A DNA stretch of 64,000 bases from positions 1 to 64,000 of the forward strand of contig JAWCSL010000001.1 in NCBI GenBank assembly GCA_039090665.1, given 5' to 3'. This DNA comes from Candidatus Aenigmatarchaeota archaeon. Lineage in GTDB: Archaea; Aenigmatarchaeota; Aenigmatarchaeia; CG10238-14; SCSR01. Numbering within the stretch: the stretch's first letter is position 1; each line of letters opens with the position of its first letter. Below the pieces are notes generated by a model, which ran no database searches, had not been told where the DNA came from, and saw only the letters and a program-made list of their open reading frames with translations. Shown here piece after piece: positions 1-10,199 of this stretch. Position numbers and translations under genes: made by a program.

Positions 1-143
1 CAAGAGCTTATTCACCAGTTAACGTTTTCGGAAAGATAACAAGTAAAAATTTTGTGGAAATTTTGAAAAAAGTTAAAAGTGGTGAAAAAATAAGAGTTGA
101 AAAAGCTTAAAAACTATTAATTCAAAATTAAGAGAGTGATAAA

Positions 144-506
144 ATGAAGCCAACAGGCCCAACAAACCCTTACTTAAAGCAGCTAATAGAAGAGTTAAAA
201 CAAAAATCTAAAGAGCTGAAAGCTCCTATTTGGAAAGCTTTAGCCGAAAAGCTAGCAAGGCCTAGAAGGAGAAAGGTTGAAGTGAATGTTTATGAGATAG
301 AGAGGCATGCTAAAGAGAATGAAACAGTGGTAATACCTGGTGTGGTTTTGGGAAATGGTGATATAACAAAGCCTGTTAAAGTTGCTGCTTGGAGATTCTC
401 ACAAAAAGCAGAAGAAAAGATAAAAAAGGCTGGTGGCAAAGTGATGAAAATAGAAGAGCTTCTGAAAGAAAATCCAAAAGGAAGTGGGGTTAAGATTTTG
501 GTGTAA
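144..506 (+). CDS. rpl18e: 50S ribosomal protein L18e
   Basis: MKPTGPTNP...LARPRRRKVEVN...PGVVLGNG motifs; lies upstream of L13. Confidence 0.95.
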   Translation: MKPTGPTNPYLKQLIEELKQKSKELKAPIWKALAEKLARPRRRKVEVNVYEIERHAKENETVVIPGVVLGNGDITKPVKVAAWRFSQKAEEKIKKAGGKVMKIEELLKENPKGSGVKILV

Positions 507-509
507 GCT

Positions 510-932
510 ATGATAGTTTACGATGCTGAAAACCAAATCTTAGGAAGACTTTGCTCAAGGATAGCAAAAGATTTGTTGAATGGTGAAAAGGTATTTGTTG
601 TGAATTGTGAGAAAGCTGTGGTTTCAGGAAACCCACAGTACATTCAAAAAAGATATTTGGAGAAAATTTGGCGTGGTGATGTGAAGCATGGGCCTTTTTT
701 CCCAAAGACCCCAGATGGAATTTTCAGAAGAACTGTTCGCGGCATGCTTCCATGGCACAAAGCTAAAGGAAGAAAAGCTTACAAGAACCTAAAAGTTTTT
801 ATTGGTTTACCAGAAGAATTTAAGGGCAAAGAATTAAAGAAAGTGAAAGAAGCTGACGCTTCCAAGCTAAAAACAAAATTCATGAGTTTGGAAGAAATTT
901 CCCTTGCGATCGGAGCAAAGAAAAGATGGTAG
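510..932 (+). CDS. rpl13: 50S ribosomal protein L13
   Basis: DAENQILGRL, RRTVRGMLP motifs. Confidence 0.96.
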   Translation: MIVYDAENQILGRLCSRIAKDLLNGEKVFVVNCEKAVVSGNPQYIQKRYLEKIWRGDVKHGPFFPKTPDGIFRRTVRGMLPWHKAKGRKAYKNLKVFIGLPEEFKGKELKKVKEADASKLKTKFMSLEEISLAIGAKKRW

Positions 933-1321
933 AAGAAATTGAACTAGAAAAATATTTTGTAATAACATTTTATTCTCCAGATTTCGATTTACGCACACAA
1001 AGAGTTTTTTACAAAAGGAATGGAAAGATCTTTAGACTGCATTATGTGTTGAATGAAGATGCTAAAAGAGAAAATTTTCTTGATATATTGGGAGAGTTTT
1101 TTATGCAACTAGGTATTCTAGGTGAAGAGCATTATTCCCCACGAATAATCAAAGGTGTAATTTGTGAAAGAAGTGGGAAAGAAATAAGCGTGAAAAGTGG
1201 AAGAAAAGTATACCACTTTGAAGAAAGCTGTAAAGAAGAAATTGAAGAGAATAAAAAATTTTCGGAAAAGTTTCCAGAAATTATGAGAAGTTTAAAAACA
1301 TCTTATTTTTTCTTGCGCTAA
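926..1321 (+). CDS. hypothetical protein
   Basis: 131-aa ORF overlapping the L13 stop; genome-typical composition. Confidence 0.55.
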   Translation: MVEEIELEKYFVITFYSPDFDLRTQRVFYKRNGKIFRLHYVLNEDAKRENFLDILGEFFMQLGILGEEHYSPRIIKGVICERSGKEISVKSGRKVYHFEESCKEEIEENKKFSEKFPEIMRSLKTSYFFLR

Positions 1322-1330
1322 AATAGAATT

Positions 1331-2011
1331 ATGGAGTTACCTTTAATTTTAGTCAATTTCAAGTGTTATGTTGCTGGAAAAAAAGCTTTTGAGCTTGCAA
1401 AAAAATGCGAAAAAATAGCAAGAAAATACAAGATTAGAATAGCAGTTGCCCCTCAGTTTGTTGACATCAAGGAAATAGCTAATCTCAAAATACAAACTTT
1501 TGCTCAACATATGGATGCAATAGAAGAAGGAGCTTTCACTGGTCACATAAGTGCAAAAGCTTTGAAAGAAGCAGGCGCAAAAGGCGTCATCATAAACCAT
1601 TCTGAAAGAAAGCTCAGCTTGAAAGAAATTGAAAGTTGCGTAAAAATTGCTAAGAAATTTAAGCTTATAACAGTTTGCTGTGCTGAAAGTTTGGAAGAAG
1701 GGAAAAGAATAGCAAAGCTTGAGCCAGATTTCTTGGCTTATGAAGATCCTTTCTTGATTGGAAGCGGGAGAGCAATTTCCAGAGTTAAGCCAGAAAGCGT
1801 GAAAAAATTTGTTGAAGATATAGGAAAACTAGAGCCGAAAGTTAAAGTTTTGTGTGGAGCAGGAATTTCTTCTGGTTTGGATGTGAAAAAAGCTTTAGAG
1901 CTTGGAACTGTGGGTGTGCTAGTTTCTTCAAGTGTTGTGAAAGCAAAAGATCCAAAGAAAATATTGGAAGAATTTGCTAAAGCTATTGAAATAGAAACAA
2001 AATTTATATAG
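1331..2011 (+). CDS. tpiA: triosephosphate isomerase (archaeal type)
   Basis: VNFKCY, NHSER, AYEDPFLIG, LCGAGI motifs. Confidence 0.95.
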   Translation: MELPLILVNFKCYVAGKKAFELAKKCEKIARKYKIRIAVAPQFVDIKEIANLKIQTFAQHMDAIEEGAFTGHISAKALKEAGAKGVIINHSERKLSLKEIESCVKIAKKFKLITVCCAESLEEGKRIAKLEPDFLAYEDPFLIGSGRAISRVKPESVKKFVEDIGKLEPKVKVLCGAGISSGLDVKKALELGTVGVLVSSSVVKAKDPKKILEEFAKAIEIETKFI

Positions 2012-2034
2012 GATAGAAATTTCAATTTAATTGT

Positions 2035-2778
2035 ATGAAGCTTGAAGGAAAAGTTGCCATAGTTACTGGAGCAGGTCAGGGTATAGGAAGAGAAATTGCT
2101 TTGGCTTTTGCAAAAGAAGGAGCAAAAGTTGTAGTCACAGACATAACAGGAAAAGAGAAAGAAGTGGCAAAAGAAATAGAAAGCTTAGGAGGAGAAGCTC
2201 TAGCTTTGAAAGTTGATGTTTCTAGCAATAAAGATGCTAAGAAGATGGCACAAGAAGTTTTGAAGAAATTTGGAAGGATTGACATTCTAGTTAACAATGC
2301 TGGGATATTTCCTTTTAAGCCCTTTGCTGAAATGGAAGAAAAAGATTGGGACAAGGTTTTGAATGTCAACTTGAAAGGAACTTACAATTGCACGAAAGCT
2401 GTTGTAGGGACTATGATTCAACAGAGGTACGGAAAAATAATAAACATCTCTTCAATCGCAGGAAGTGTAGTCGGCTTTCAACAACTTGTTCACTATTCAG
2501 CAAGCAAAGCTGGTATAGTAGGTTTCACACGTGCTTTAGCTTTAGAGCTTGCCCCTTTTGGAATAAATGTCAATGCCATAGCTCCTGGGCCGATAGAGAC
2601 TCCTGGAACACAAGCTATAGGAACAGAAATGTATGAACAATTGAAGAAAGCAATCCCAATAGGAAGATGGGGTAAGCCAATAGACATAGCAAACATAGCA
2701 GTTTTTCTTGCTAGCGATGATTCAAGCTTGATAACTGGCCAATGCATAGTTGCAGATGGTGGCTACACTTTACAGTAA
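2035..2778 (+). CDS. SDR-family (FabG-like) oxidoreductase
   Basis: TGAGQGIG, NNAG and YSASK motifs. Confidence 0.92.
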   Translation: MKLEGKVAIVTGAGQGIGREIALAFAKEGAKVVVTDITGKEKEVAKEIESLGGEALALKVDVSSNKDAKKMAQEVLKKFGRIDILVNNAGIFPFKPFAEMEEKDWDKVLNVNLKGTYNCTKAVVGTMIQQRYGKIINISSIAGSVVGFQQLVHYSASKAGIVGFTRALALELAPFGINVNAIAPGPIETPGTQAIGTEMYEQLKKAIPIGRWGKPIDIANIAVFLASDDSSLITGQCIVADGGYTLQ

Positions 2779-2823
2779 AAATTTATGCTAAAAAGAAAAA
2801 CAAATTTAATTAGCTGTGATAGC

Positions 2824-3861
2824 ATGGCAATAAGAGTTGTTGTTAATGGTGTAGGTACAATTGGAAAAAGAGTTGCTCATGCTATCAAGCTTCAAGATGA
2901 TATGAAGCTTGTTGGTATAGCAGATGTTGCACCAACAAGCTGGTTAAGAACTGTGCTTGAACCAAAAGGACCTTTGTACAAAACCGATTTGTACGCTTCT
3001 AATCAAGATGGGATGAAAGCTTTGACTGAAGGAGGAATGTATGTTAAAGGTTTGTTGGAAGATCTTCTAGCTTCTGGGGAAGTGGATGTGGTTTGCGATT
3101 GCACGCCAGCAAAAATTGGAGAAAAGAATAAGCCTTTGTATCAAAAGTATAAAGTGAAGATGGTCTTCCAAGGTGGAGAAAAGGCTGAAGTTGCTGATGT
3201 GAGTTTTGTGGCAATAGCAAATTATGAAAAAGCTTTGAACAAAAATTCTGTTAGAGTCGTAAGCTGTAACACCACTTCTTTGGCAAGAACGATTTTCACG
3301 GTTGACCAAAAATTTGGGGTAGAGGAAGTTTTTGCAGCTTTAGTAAGAAGGGCAACAGATCCTTGGGATGAAAAGTCTGGACCAATAAATGCCGTTGTTC
3401 CTGAGACTCACGTTCCTTCCCATCAGGGCCCCGACTTGCAAACTGTTTTGCCACATATAAACATAAAAACAATGGCAGTGAAAGTTCCTTCCACTTTAGC
3501 TCACTTGCACATGATAACTGGAAAGATCAAAAAACAAGCTAGCAGTGAAGAATTCAAGAAAGCTTTTGAAGAAGGTTCAAGGATGATTTTGCTGAAAGCT
3601 TCTCACGGCTATGCTGCAACTTCTGAGATAATAGAAAGATTCAGAGATCTTTGCAGGCCAAGGTATGACATGTATGAAGTTGCAATCTGGGACGAATCTA
3701 TAACAGTGGAAAAAAATAGGTTTTATTGGATACATGCTGTACATTCAGAAGCAATTGTGATTCCTGAAACAATAGACGCAATAAGAGCAATAACCGGAAT
3801 TGAAAGCGATAAATTCAAATCAATAGAAAAAACTAATAAGGCTTTAGGAATCGAAAAGTGA
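2824..3861 (+). CDS. gap: type II (archaeal) glyceraldehyde-3-phosphate dehydrogenase
   Basis: NGVGTIGKRVA, FQGGEK, VVSCNTT; start taken at ATG 2824. Confidence 0.95.
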   Translation: MAIRVVVNGVGTIGKRVAHAIKLQDDMKLVGIADVAPTSWLRTVLEPKGPLYKTDLYASNQDGMKALTEGGMYVKGLLEDLLASGEVDVVCDCTPAKIGEKNKPLYQKYKVKMVFQGGEKAEVADVSFVAIANYEKALNKNSVRVVSCNTTSLARTIFTVDQKFGVEEVFAALVRRATDPWDEKSGPINAVVPETHVPSHQGPDLQTVLPHINIKTMAVKVPSTLAHLHMITGKIKKQASSEEFKKAFEEGSRMILLKASHGYAATSEIIERFRDLCRPRYDMYEVAIWDESITVEKNRFYWIHAVHSEAIVIPETIDAIRAITGIESDKFKSIEKTNKALGIEK

Positions 3862-3865
3862 ATTC

Positions 3866-5098
3866 ATGAAAGAGTATTTTACTCTGGAAGATTTTGAACT
3901 TGAAGGAAAAACTGTTATTTTGAGAGCTGACTTGAATGCCCCTTACAACAAAGAAGAAAAAAGGATAGAAGATTGTGAAAGAATAAGAGAGCATGCAAAA
4001 ACAATTCAATTTCTTCTTGAGAAAAAAGCAAGAGTTGTTGTTCTGGCTCATCAAGGAAGGAAAGGAGACGAAGATTTCACGAGCTTAGAGCAACATGCAA
4101 AGTTTTTGAGTAAGCATTTGGTTAAAGAAGTGAAATTTGTTGGTGATGTTATTGGTGAAAGAGCTTTGAATGAAATAAAAAATTTGAAAGAAGGAGAAGT
4201 TTTGCTTTTGGATAATGTAAGGATTTTAGATGAAGAGACTCAAGAGAAGAGCATAGAAGAACATGCAAAAAGCAAGCTTGTTCAAACTTTAGCACCGCTT
4301 GCTGATTTTTTTGTTCAAGATGCTTTTTCTGCTTCTCATCGTTCTCATGCTTCAATTGTGGGTTTTGCACCAGTTTTACCAACATTAGCAGGAAAGGTTA
4401 TGGAAAAAGAATTAAGCTCAATAGAGAAGGCTATGCAATCTTTAGGAATAAATGTGTTCATCTTTGGTGGAGCAAAACCTGATGATTGTTTGAATATAAT
4501 GGAGTATTTTCTCGAAAATAAACCAGAATGTATAGAAAAAGTTTTAACTTGTGGTACAGTTGGTGAAATTTTCTTGATGGCAAAAGGTTATAAACTTGGT
4601 CAACCAACGCTCAAATTCTTTGAACAAAAAGGATTTTTGAGTTTAATATCACAAGCAAGAAAGCTTTTGGAAAAATATGAAATGGAAATTGAAGTTCCAA
4701 TTGATGTGGCTGTGGAAGAAAATGGAGAAAGAAAAGAAATCAATGTGAAAGAACTTCCTTTTGATTCTTTAATTCTTGACATAGGATGTGAAACTATCAG
4801 GAATTATGTGGAAATAATAAGAAATGCTAGAACCATAGTGATGAAAGGGCCAGCTGGAGTTTATGAGAAGAAAGGATTCGAAATTGGAACAAAAGAAATT
4901 CTTGAAGCTGTAGCTGACTCAAAAGCTTTCAGTTTAATTGGTGGTGGAGACACAGGCTTGGCAATAGAAAAGCTTGGAATTGAAAAAGAGAAATTTTCTT
5001 ACATAAGCTTGGGTGGTGGAGCTCTGATAACTTATCTTTCTGGAAAACCGATGCCAGGGATAGAAGCTTTAAAACTCTCTTACCAAAAATTCAAATGA
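3866..5098 (+). CDS. pgk: phosphoglycerate kinase
   Basis: RADLNAP, AHQGR, DAFSASHR, SLGGGA. Confidence 0.96.
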   Translation: MKEYFTLEDFELEGKTVILRADLNAPYNKEEKRIEDCERIREHAKTIQFLLEKKARVVVLAHQGRKGDEDFTSLEQHAKFLSKHLVKEVKFVGDVIGERALNEIKNLKEGEVLLLDNVRILDEETQEKSIEEHAKSKLVQTLAPLADFFVQDAFSASHRSHASIVGFAPVLPTLAGKVMEKELSSIEKAMQSLGINVFIFGGAKPDDCLNIMEYFLENKPECIEKVLTCGTVGEIFLMAKGYKLGQPTLKFFEQKGFLSLISQARKLLEKYEMEIEVPIDVAVEENGERKEINVKELPFDSLILDIGCETIRNYVEIIRNARTIVMKGPAGVYEKKGFEIGTKEILEAVADSKAFSLIGGGDTGLAIEKLGIEKEKFSYISLGGGALITYLSGKPMPGIEALKLSYQKFK

Positions 5099-5130
5099 AA
5101 AATAAAAAGGAAAAATTTCAAATAATTATT

Positions 5131-6075
5131 ATGTTTGATGCTGTTTGCATTGGTCATATTCTCTACGACACAAGGTCTTTCGTGGAAGAATTTCCAAAAC
5201 CAGACAAGATGACTTTTGTTAAAGGCACAATAACTCACAGCATAGGCGGCTCAGCCACAAATGTTGCTTGCAATTTATCCAAGCTTGGAATGAAAACTGC
5301 TTTGATAGGAAAAATAGGGTTTGATGATCATGGTCAATACTTGTTGGACCAATTGAAATTCTATGGTGTTGAATCAAAGTATGTGAAAATAACAACTGAA
5401 AAACCTACTGGAGTTTCAATGATAGTTATAGATAAAAGCGGTGAGCCTTTGCTGTTTGAAATGGTTGGTGCGAATGAACCTTTGTATAAAAACGATATTT
5501 CTAAAGAAGCTATAGAAAATTCTTCTCATTTGCACATGAGTGGAACTACACTCGAAACTCTAGCTTATGCCGCCAAGCTTGCCAAAAAGATGAAGAAAAG
5601 TGTTTCTTTTGATCCAGGAAGAAGCAAATCTCAAGCTGGCTTTAAGAAGCTTTATCCAATCTTAAAAAATGTTGATGTCTTGATAACCACAAAAGTTGAA
5701 GTTGTGAGGATTGTGGGCCATCCGGAATATGATTTCCAAAAAGCTTTGGAATTTTTAAGAAAGAAGATGAAAGGGAAAATGATTATAGTCAAAAGCGGGA
5801 AAGACAAGACTTTAGCTTACTTGGACAATAAGGCTTTTTCTGTTTCTACAGTTCCAGTGAAAATTGTTGACACGATAGGAGCAGGAGATGCTTTTGCTGC
5901 AGGCTTTTTGCACAAGTTTTTGCAAAAAGAAAAAATTGAAGAGTGTGTGAAGTTTGCAAATGCTTGTGGTGCTTTGAAAGTTACAAGAGAAGGAGCAGCT
6001 GGATTGCCTTTCAAAGATGAAGTTTATGCTTTTTACAAAAAGGTTGAGAAAAAAATGAAAGTAGAGGTAATTTGA
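5131..6075 (+). CDS. PfkB/ribokinase-family carbohydrate kinase
   Basis: GGSATNVA, DTIGAGDAF signatures; start at ATG 5131. Confidence 0.92.
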   Translation: MFDAVCIGHILYDTRSFVEEFPKPDKMTFVKGTITHSIGGSATNVACNLSKLGMKTALIGKIGFDDHGQYLLDQLKFYGVESKYVKITTEKPTGVSMIVIDKSGEPLLFEMVGANEPLYKNDISKEAIENSSHLHMSGTTLETLAYAAKLAKKMKKSVSFDPGRSKSQAGFKKLYPILKNVDVLITTKVEVVRIVGHPEYDFQKALEFLRKKMKGKMIIVKSGKDKTLAYLDNKAFSVSTVPVKIVDTIGAGDAFAAGFLHKFLQKEKIEECVKFANACGALKVTREGAAGLPFKDEVYAFYKKVEKKMKVEVI

Positions 6076-6900
6076 TTGAGCTTGGAGAAAATTTCTTCCA
6101 AAGGCTTTTTCCACATAGTTGCTTTAGATCACAGACAATCTCTCAAGAAGATGATAAATCCAGGAAATCCTGAAAAAGTTTCGAAAAAAACTTTAGAACA
6201 AATAAAGTTAAAATTCTCAAAAGTTTTTTCATCTCAAGCTTCAGGGATTTTGCTCGATCCTATATATGGAAGACCTGTCATGAATGCGATAAAAAATAAG
6301 TGTGGTCTGTTGATTTCTCTTGAAGAATCTGGCTATCAAGAAACAAAGGAAGGAAGAATAACTTCTTTGATAAAAAATTTTGGTCCAGAAAATGTGAAGA
6401 AGATGGGAGGAGATGCTGCAAAACTTTTGATTTACTTCAATCCAAAAGCAAAAACAGCGAAGCAACAAAAAAAGCTTGTGAAAGAAGTTGCAGAAAGATG
6501 TAGAGAAATAGATTTGCCTTTTGTTTGTGAATTTCTGGTCTATCCTTACAAAGAAAAAAATTTTGAAAAAGAAAAAAGTAAGCTGATAATTCAATCAGCA
6601 AAAGAAATTTCAAGGCTTGGAATAGATCTTTTGAAAACAGAATTTCCTGGCGAGCTTGAGTGTAAAAAGCTTGCGAAAGTGGGCAAAGTGCCTTGGGTCT
6701 TGTTGAGCAGAGGAATAGATTTTGAAAAGTTTAAAGAGCAATTAAAAATTTCTATGAAATTTGGATGCTCAGGTTTTATGGTTGGAAGAGCACTCTGGCA
6801 AGATTACTTTCAAGTAAAAAATAAAGAAGAATTTTTGAAGAAAATTTGTCTGAATAGACTGAAAGAATTGAAAGAAATAGCCAGCAAAAAATTCATTTAA
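6076..6900 (+). CDS. class I aldolase, LacD/tagatose-bisphosphate aldolase-like
   Basis: ALDHRQSL, LLDPIYG, LKTEFP, WVLLSRG, GRALWQ; TTG start. Confidence 0.85.
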   Translation: MSLEKISSKGFFHIVALDHRQSLKKMINPGNPEKVSKKTLEQIKLKFSKVFSSQASGILLDPIYGRPVMNAIKNKCGLLISLEESGYQETKEGRITSLIKNFGPENVKKMGGDAAKLLIYFNPKAKTAKQQKKLVKEVAERCREIDLPFVCEFLVYPYKEKNFEKEKSKLIIQSAKEISRLGIDLLKTEFPGELECKKLAKVGKVPWVLLSRGIDFEKFKEQLKISMKFGCSGFMVGRALWQDYFQVKNKEEFLKKICLNRLKELKEIASKKFI

Positions 6901-8146
6901 TTTCTTTTTCCCCCGAGGACAAAGTGTTAATGAAAATCTTTGTTTTCAAATCAGCAACAATCTTCATGAAATTTGCAAAACTTTCTTCTGGACTTGAAAA
7001 GCAGCTAAAGTATTTATGCACATCACCATCTGCCCACATCTTGTTGCACATGTAGTAATAATGATCGCTTGTTAGTAAATATTTCCAAACTTTTTTAAGT
7101 TCATCATTTTTCACTTCTTTCAAAATCTTTCCCAAGTTCTTCACTTCTTCAAAGCAAATTTGTTGCATCTTGTTTCCAAGCCAAGCAGAAACATCTCTTT
7201 CCATGTCAGCCCAAGAAACCGTGGAAAATTCAAAAACATCTATTTCACCTACTGGCTTAAGCTTTTCTACAACTTCACTTGGTGTAGCAAATTCCAAATT
7301 TTCATACTTCAAAATTTCAAAAGGCAAAGCTCTCAAGAACCAAAAAATTCCAGATTCTGCCCATTGATGCTCGCCAAAAGTTTCGAAGTCCATGAATAGA
7401 TTTATGCATTCACCATGAGTAACACTGAGCCAAGCCGCAAACTTATCAGCAGTTAAAGGCCATTGATCCCAATTCATTGCTGAAAACCTGTAACCAATAT
7501 CATCACTAAGCCTGTAATTTCTTAAGAGAATTCTTATTCTTTCCTCCCAACTCCTATCATCAGGAAAGCAAAATTTCCTCACATAAACATAATTTGGTGA
7601 TCTCCAGCCAAGAATTCTTTCAGCACCTTCTGTGAAGATTGCTTTAAAGCCCAAATCTTCAACTATTCTCCCTATAACATTATTGTATATCATTTCCGTG
7701 TTCACGAAAACTTTCGGCCTAACACCAAAGAAATCTTTCATGGCTTGAGAATGAAGATTTATCTCTTCTATGAATTCTTCTTTTGTGTCAAAAAGGCTTG
7801 CAAGAGAATGATGGTAAGTTTCTCCTATTATTTCTACTTGCTTAGTCTTAACAAGCTGTTTGAAATTCTCAAGAACATCTTTACCATATTTTTCACAAAG
7901 TTCGAGAAAAACTCCAGTAATCGCGAAATTTACTTTAAATTTCTTTTTTTCATGTTTGAACTTATCTATTAGCTCGAGCAAGATGCTTGTGGTGGGTAAA
8001 TAGCATCTATCCCTAACTTTTTCGAAAATCATTTTGTTCAAACCAGAATTGAAATAACAGCTTACATCTCTAGAAATCCCATCTGGTTGAAAATTAGCCA
8101 GTCTTATGGGCTGATGGACCTGGAAATTCAGGGTAATCAGAGGCAT
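6893..8146 (-). CDS. GH57 alpha-amylase
   Basis: FQVHQP, ETYHHSLA, NTEMIY, DFETFGEHQW. Confidence 0.92.
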   Translation of the reverse strand: MPLITLNFQVHQPIRLANFQPDGISRDVSCYFNSGLNKMIFEKVRDRCYLPTTSILLELIDKFKHEKKKFKVNFAITGVFLELCEKYGKDVLENFKQLVKTKQVEIIGETYHHSLASLFDTKEEFIEEINLHSQAMKDFFGVRPKVFVNTEMIYNNVIGRIVEDLGFKAIFTEGAERILGWRSPNYVYVRKFCFPDDRSWEERIRILLRNYRLSDDIGYRFSAMNWDQWPLTADKFAAWLSVTHGECINLFMDFETFGEHQWAESGIFWFLRALPFEILKYENLEFATPSEVVEKLKPVGEIDVFEFSTVSWADMERDVSAWLGNKMQQICFEEVKNLGKILKEVKNDELKKVWKYLLTSDHYYYMCNKMWADGDVHKYFSCFSSPEESFANFMKIVADLKTKIFINTLSSGEKEIK

Positions 8147-8188
8147 ATATTATTTTTATACCACATATAAATTTAATACTGATTAGGT

Positions 8189-10162
8189 ATGAAAACTGAA
8201 AATTTAGCTAATAAATGCTATTTTTTAACAGGTAGGAAAGCTTTTTTCCATAGATTTTGTGATTCAGGTTTCAGGACAAAATGGACTGGCTTTTGGTCCG
8301 GGTCAAAAAAGTTTCTAGATTACTTTGCTTTCAGGATTAATGATGAATGGCTTTCTCCAAAAAATTGTGTTGAAGTTGATCTAGACGATTTCAGCTTCAC
8401 CCATGTTTATTCTCTGAATGGAATTAAGGTCAGTGAAAAATTATCTATTCCTGAAAAAGCGAAAGCTCTTGTTTGCAAACTTTCAATTGAAAATCAAGGA
8501 AAAACAAAAGAACTCGAGATTTTTCCAGAAATTGGAATCAATATAAGAGATAGAGAGGAAAACTGGCATGACAGGAAATACTGGAGCAAAAAACACGAGA
8601 ATATGCTTTTAATTAATTCTGAAAAAGGTTCTCTTGTAATTTGGATATCAATACCATTCGAAATTTCTGGTCAAGAAATTTACAGAGATCATTTTCCAGG
8701 TGAGCTGGAAAGATGCTATATTCCAGGAAAAATATCAATCAAAATGAAATTAGAACCAAATTCAACAGAAAAATTTTTAATAATTTTTGCATGTGGAAAG
8801 AATGAAGCAGAAGCTGTTTTAAACCTTACTCTAGCATGGGATTCTATGAAAGAAGAAAGTGAGAAAAAAGAAAATTTTCAGATTGGTGCTTATCTTAAAA
8901 CTGGAATTAAGGAGATAGATGAAATTTTCAGGAAAAGTGTGAGTGGATTAGAAAAACTTAAATTTGAGACAGAAGCTGGTTTTGGTTTTGTTGCTGGACT
9001 TCCTTGGTTTACTCAGTTCTGGGGAAGAGATTTGGGATGGATGATACCGGCTATTGTGGATTATGGAAATTTTGAAGATGCCAAGAGGAGTTTAGAAACT
9101 TTGATGAAGTTTCAGTCTGAAGAAGGCGAAATTCCAAATTTAATTTCTTTGGACGGAAAGCCAATTTATGGCTCGATAGATGCAACTCCACTCTGGATAA
9201 TAGCTCTGACTCACTACATTCAAAATTCTGGAGACTTAGAATTCTTGAAAGAAAGTAGAAAAAACATTTTAAAAGCATTGGCTTGGTGTATGACCAAGAC
9301 TGATGATAATTTACTTGAAGCTGAAAAGAGATCAACATGGATGGATACTTTAGATAGAGATGGAAAACCAATTGAGGTGCAAGCTATTTGGTATGAAGCT
9401 TTACTATCCCTTAAAAAACTTTCAGAAATCTTAGGAGAGAACTTGATAGACTTTTCCTATCTAGATGAAATGAGAGAAAAAATTGAAGAGTTTTGGAATC
9501 CTTCTACTAATCTTTACTTTGATAGAATTAAATGGAAATTCAAAGATGAGAAAAAAACTGTAAACTCAATTTTTCCGGTGTTTTTCAATATTTCAAAAAA
9601 CCCATTGAAAGTTTTGGAAAAAATCGAAAGTGAAGAATTCACTTCAGAATTTGGTGTAAGAAGCATTTCAAACAAAGATCCTTCTTTCAATCCGGTAGGC
9701 TATCATACAGGCAGTGTTTGGAGCTGGATCACAGGTTTAGTAGCTTCTGCAGAGTTTTCTCAAGGCAGACCAGAAAAAGGTTTTGAATATTTGAAAATAT
9801 TGTGGAAGATGTTTGATAAAAATTGTTTAGGCTCTTTGGATGAAGCTTGGAATTCAGAAAATGGTGATCCTGTGCTTTTGAAAGAAATTGGTTATGAGCC
9901 TTCTGGCTTCTTCCAGGGTTGGGGATTTGCTTCTGTGATAAGATGTATAGATGAACATATGCTAGGTCTTAGGGTTAATGCCTTCAGCAAGACAATATTT
10001 GTTTCACCTTGCTTGTTAGATGGAATGAAAGTTTTTAGAAAAAAGAGAATTGGAAACGATTTAGTCGAAATTTTTATGGAAAGAAAGGAAAATGAATTGA
10101 AAATAAACTTGAGAAGTGGAAAAGGAAAAGGTTACAAACTGATTAAAGTACCAAAAATTTGA
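8189..10162 (+). CDS. amylo-alpha-1,6-glucosidase (glycogen debranching, GH133-like)
   Basis: AGLPWFTQFWGRD, DATPLW, TWMD, YHTGSVW. Confidence 0.88.
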   Translation: MKTENLANKCYFLTGRKAFFHRFCDSGFRTKWTGFWSGSKKFLDYFAFRINDEWLSPKNCVEVDLDDFSFTHVYSLNGIKVSEKLSIPEKAKALVCKLSIENQGKTKELEIFPEIGINIRDREENWHDRKYWSKKHENMLLINSEKGSLVIWISIPFEISGQEIYRDHFPGELERCYIPGKISIKMKLEPNSTEKFLIIFACGKNEAEAVLNLTLAWDSMKEESEKKENFQIGAYLKTGIKEIDEIFRKSVSGLEKLKFETEAGFGFVAGLPWFTQFWGRDLGWMIPAIVDYGNFEDAKRSLETLMKFQSEEGEIPNLISLDGKPIYGSIDATPLWIIALTHYIQNSGDLEFLKESRKNILKALAWCMTKTDDNLLEAEKRSTWMDTLDRDGKPIEVQAIWYEALLSLKKLSEILGENLIDFSYLDEMREKIEEFWNPSTNLYFDRIKWKFKDEKKTVNSIFPVFFNISKNPLKVLEKIESEEFTSEFGVRSISNKDPSFNPVGYHTGSVWSWITGLVASAEFSQGRPEKGFEYLKILWKMFDKNCLGSLDEAWNSENGDPVLLKEIGYEPSGFFQGWGFASVIRCIDEHMLGLRVNAFSKTIFVSPCLLDGMKVFRKKRIGNDLVEIFMERKENELKINLRSGKGKGYKLIKVPKI

Positions 10163-10199
10163 TCACATGAGGAGTAAACTACTGCTCTACTTCTTTTTT

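Noticed and set aside
10165..10199. ATGAGGA C-box-like motif between convergent genes
   Set aside because: No properly spaced D boxes or rRNA complementarity; more like a terminator region.
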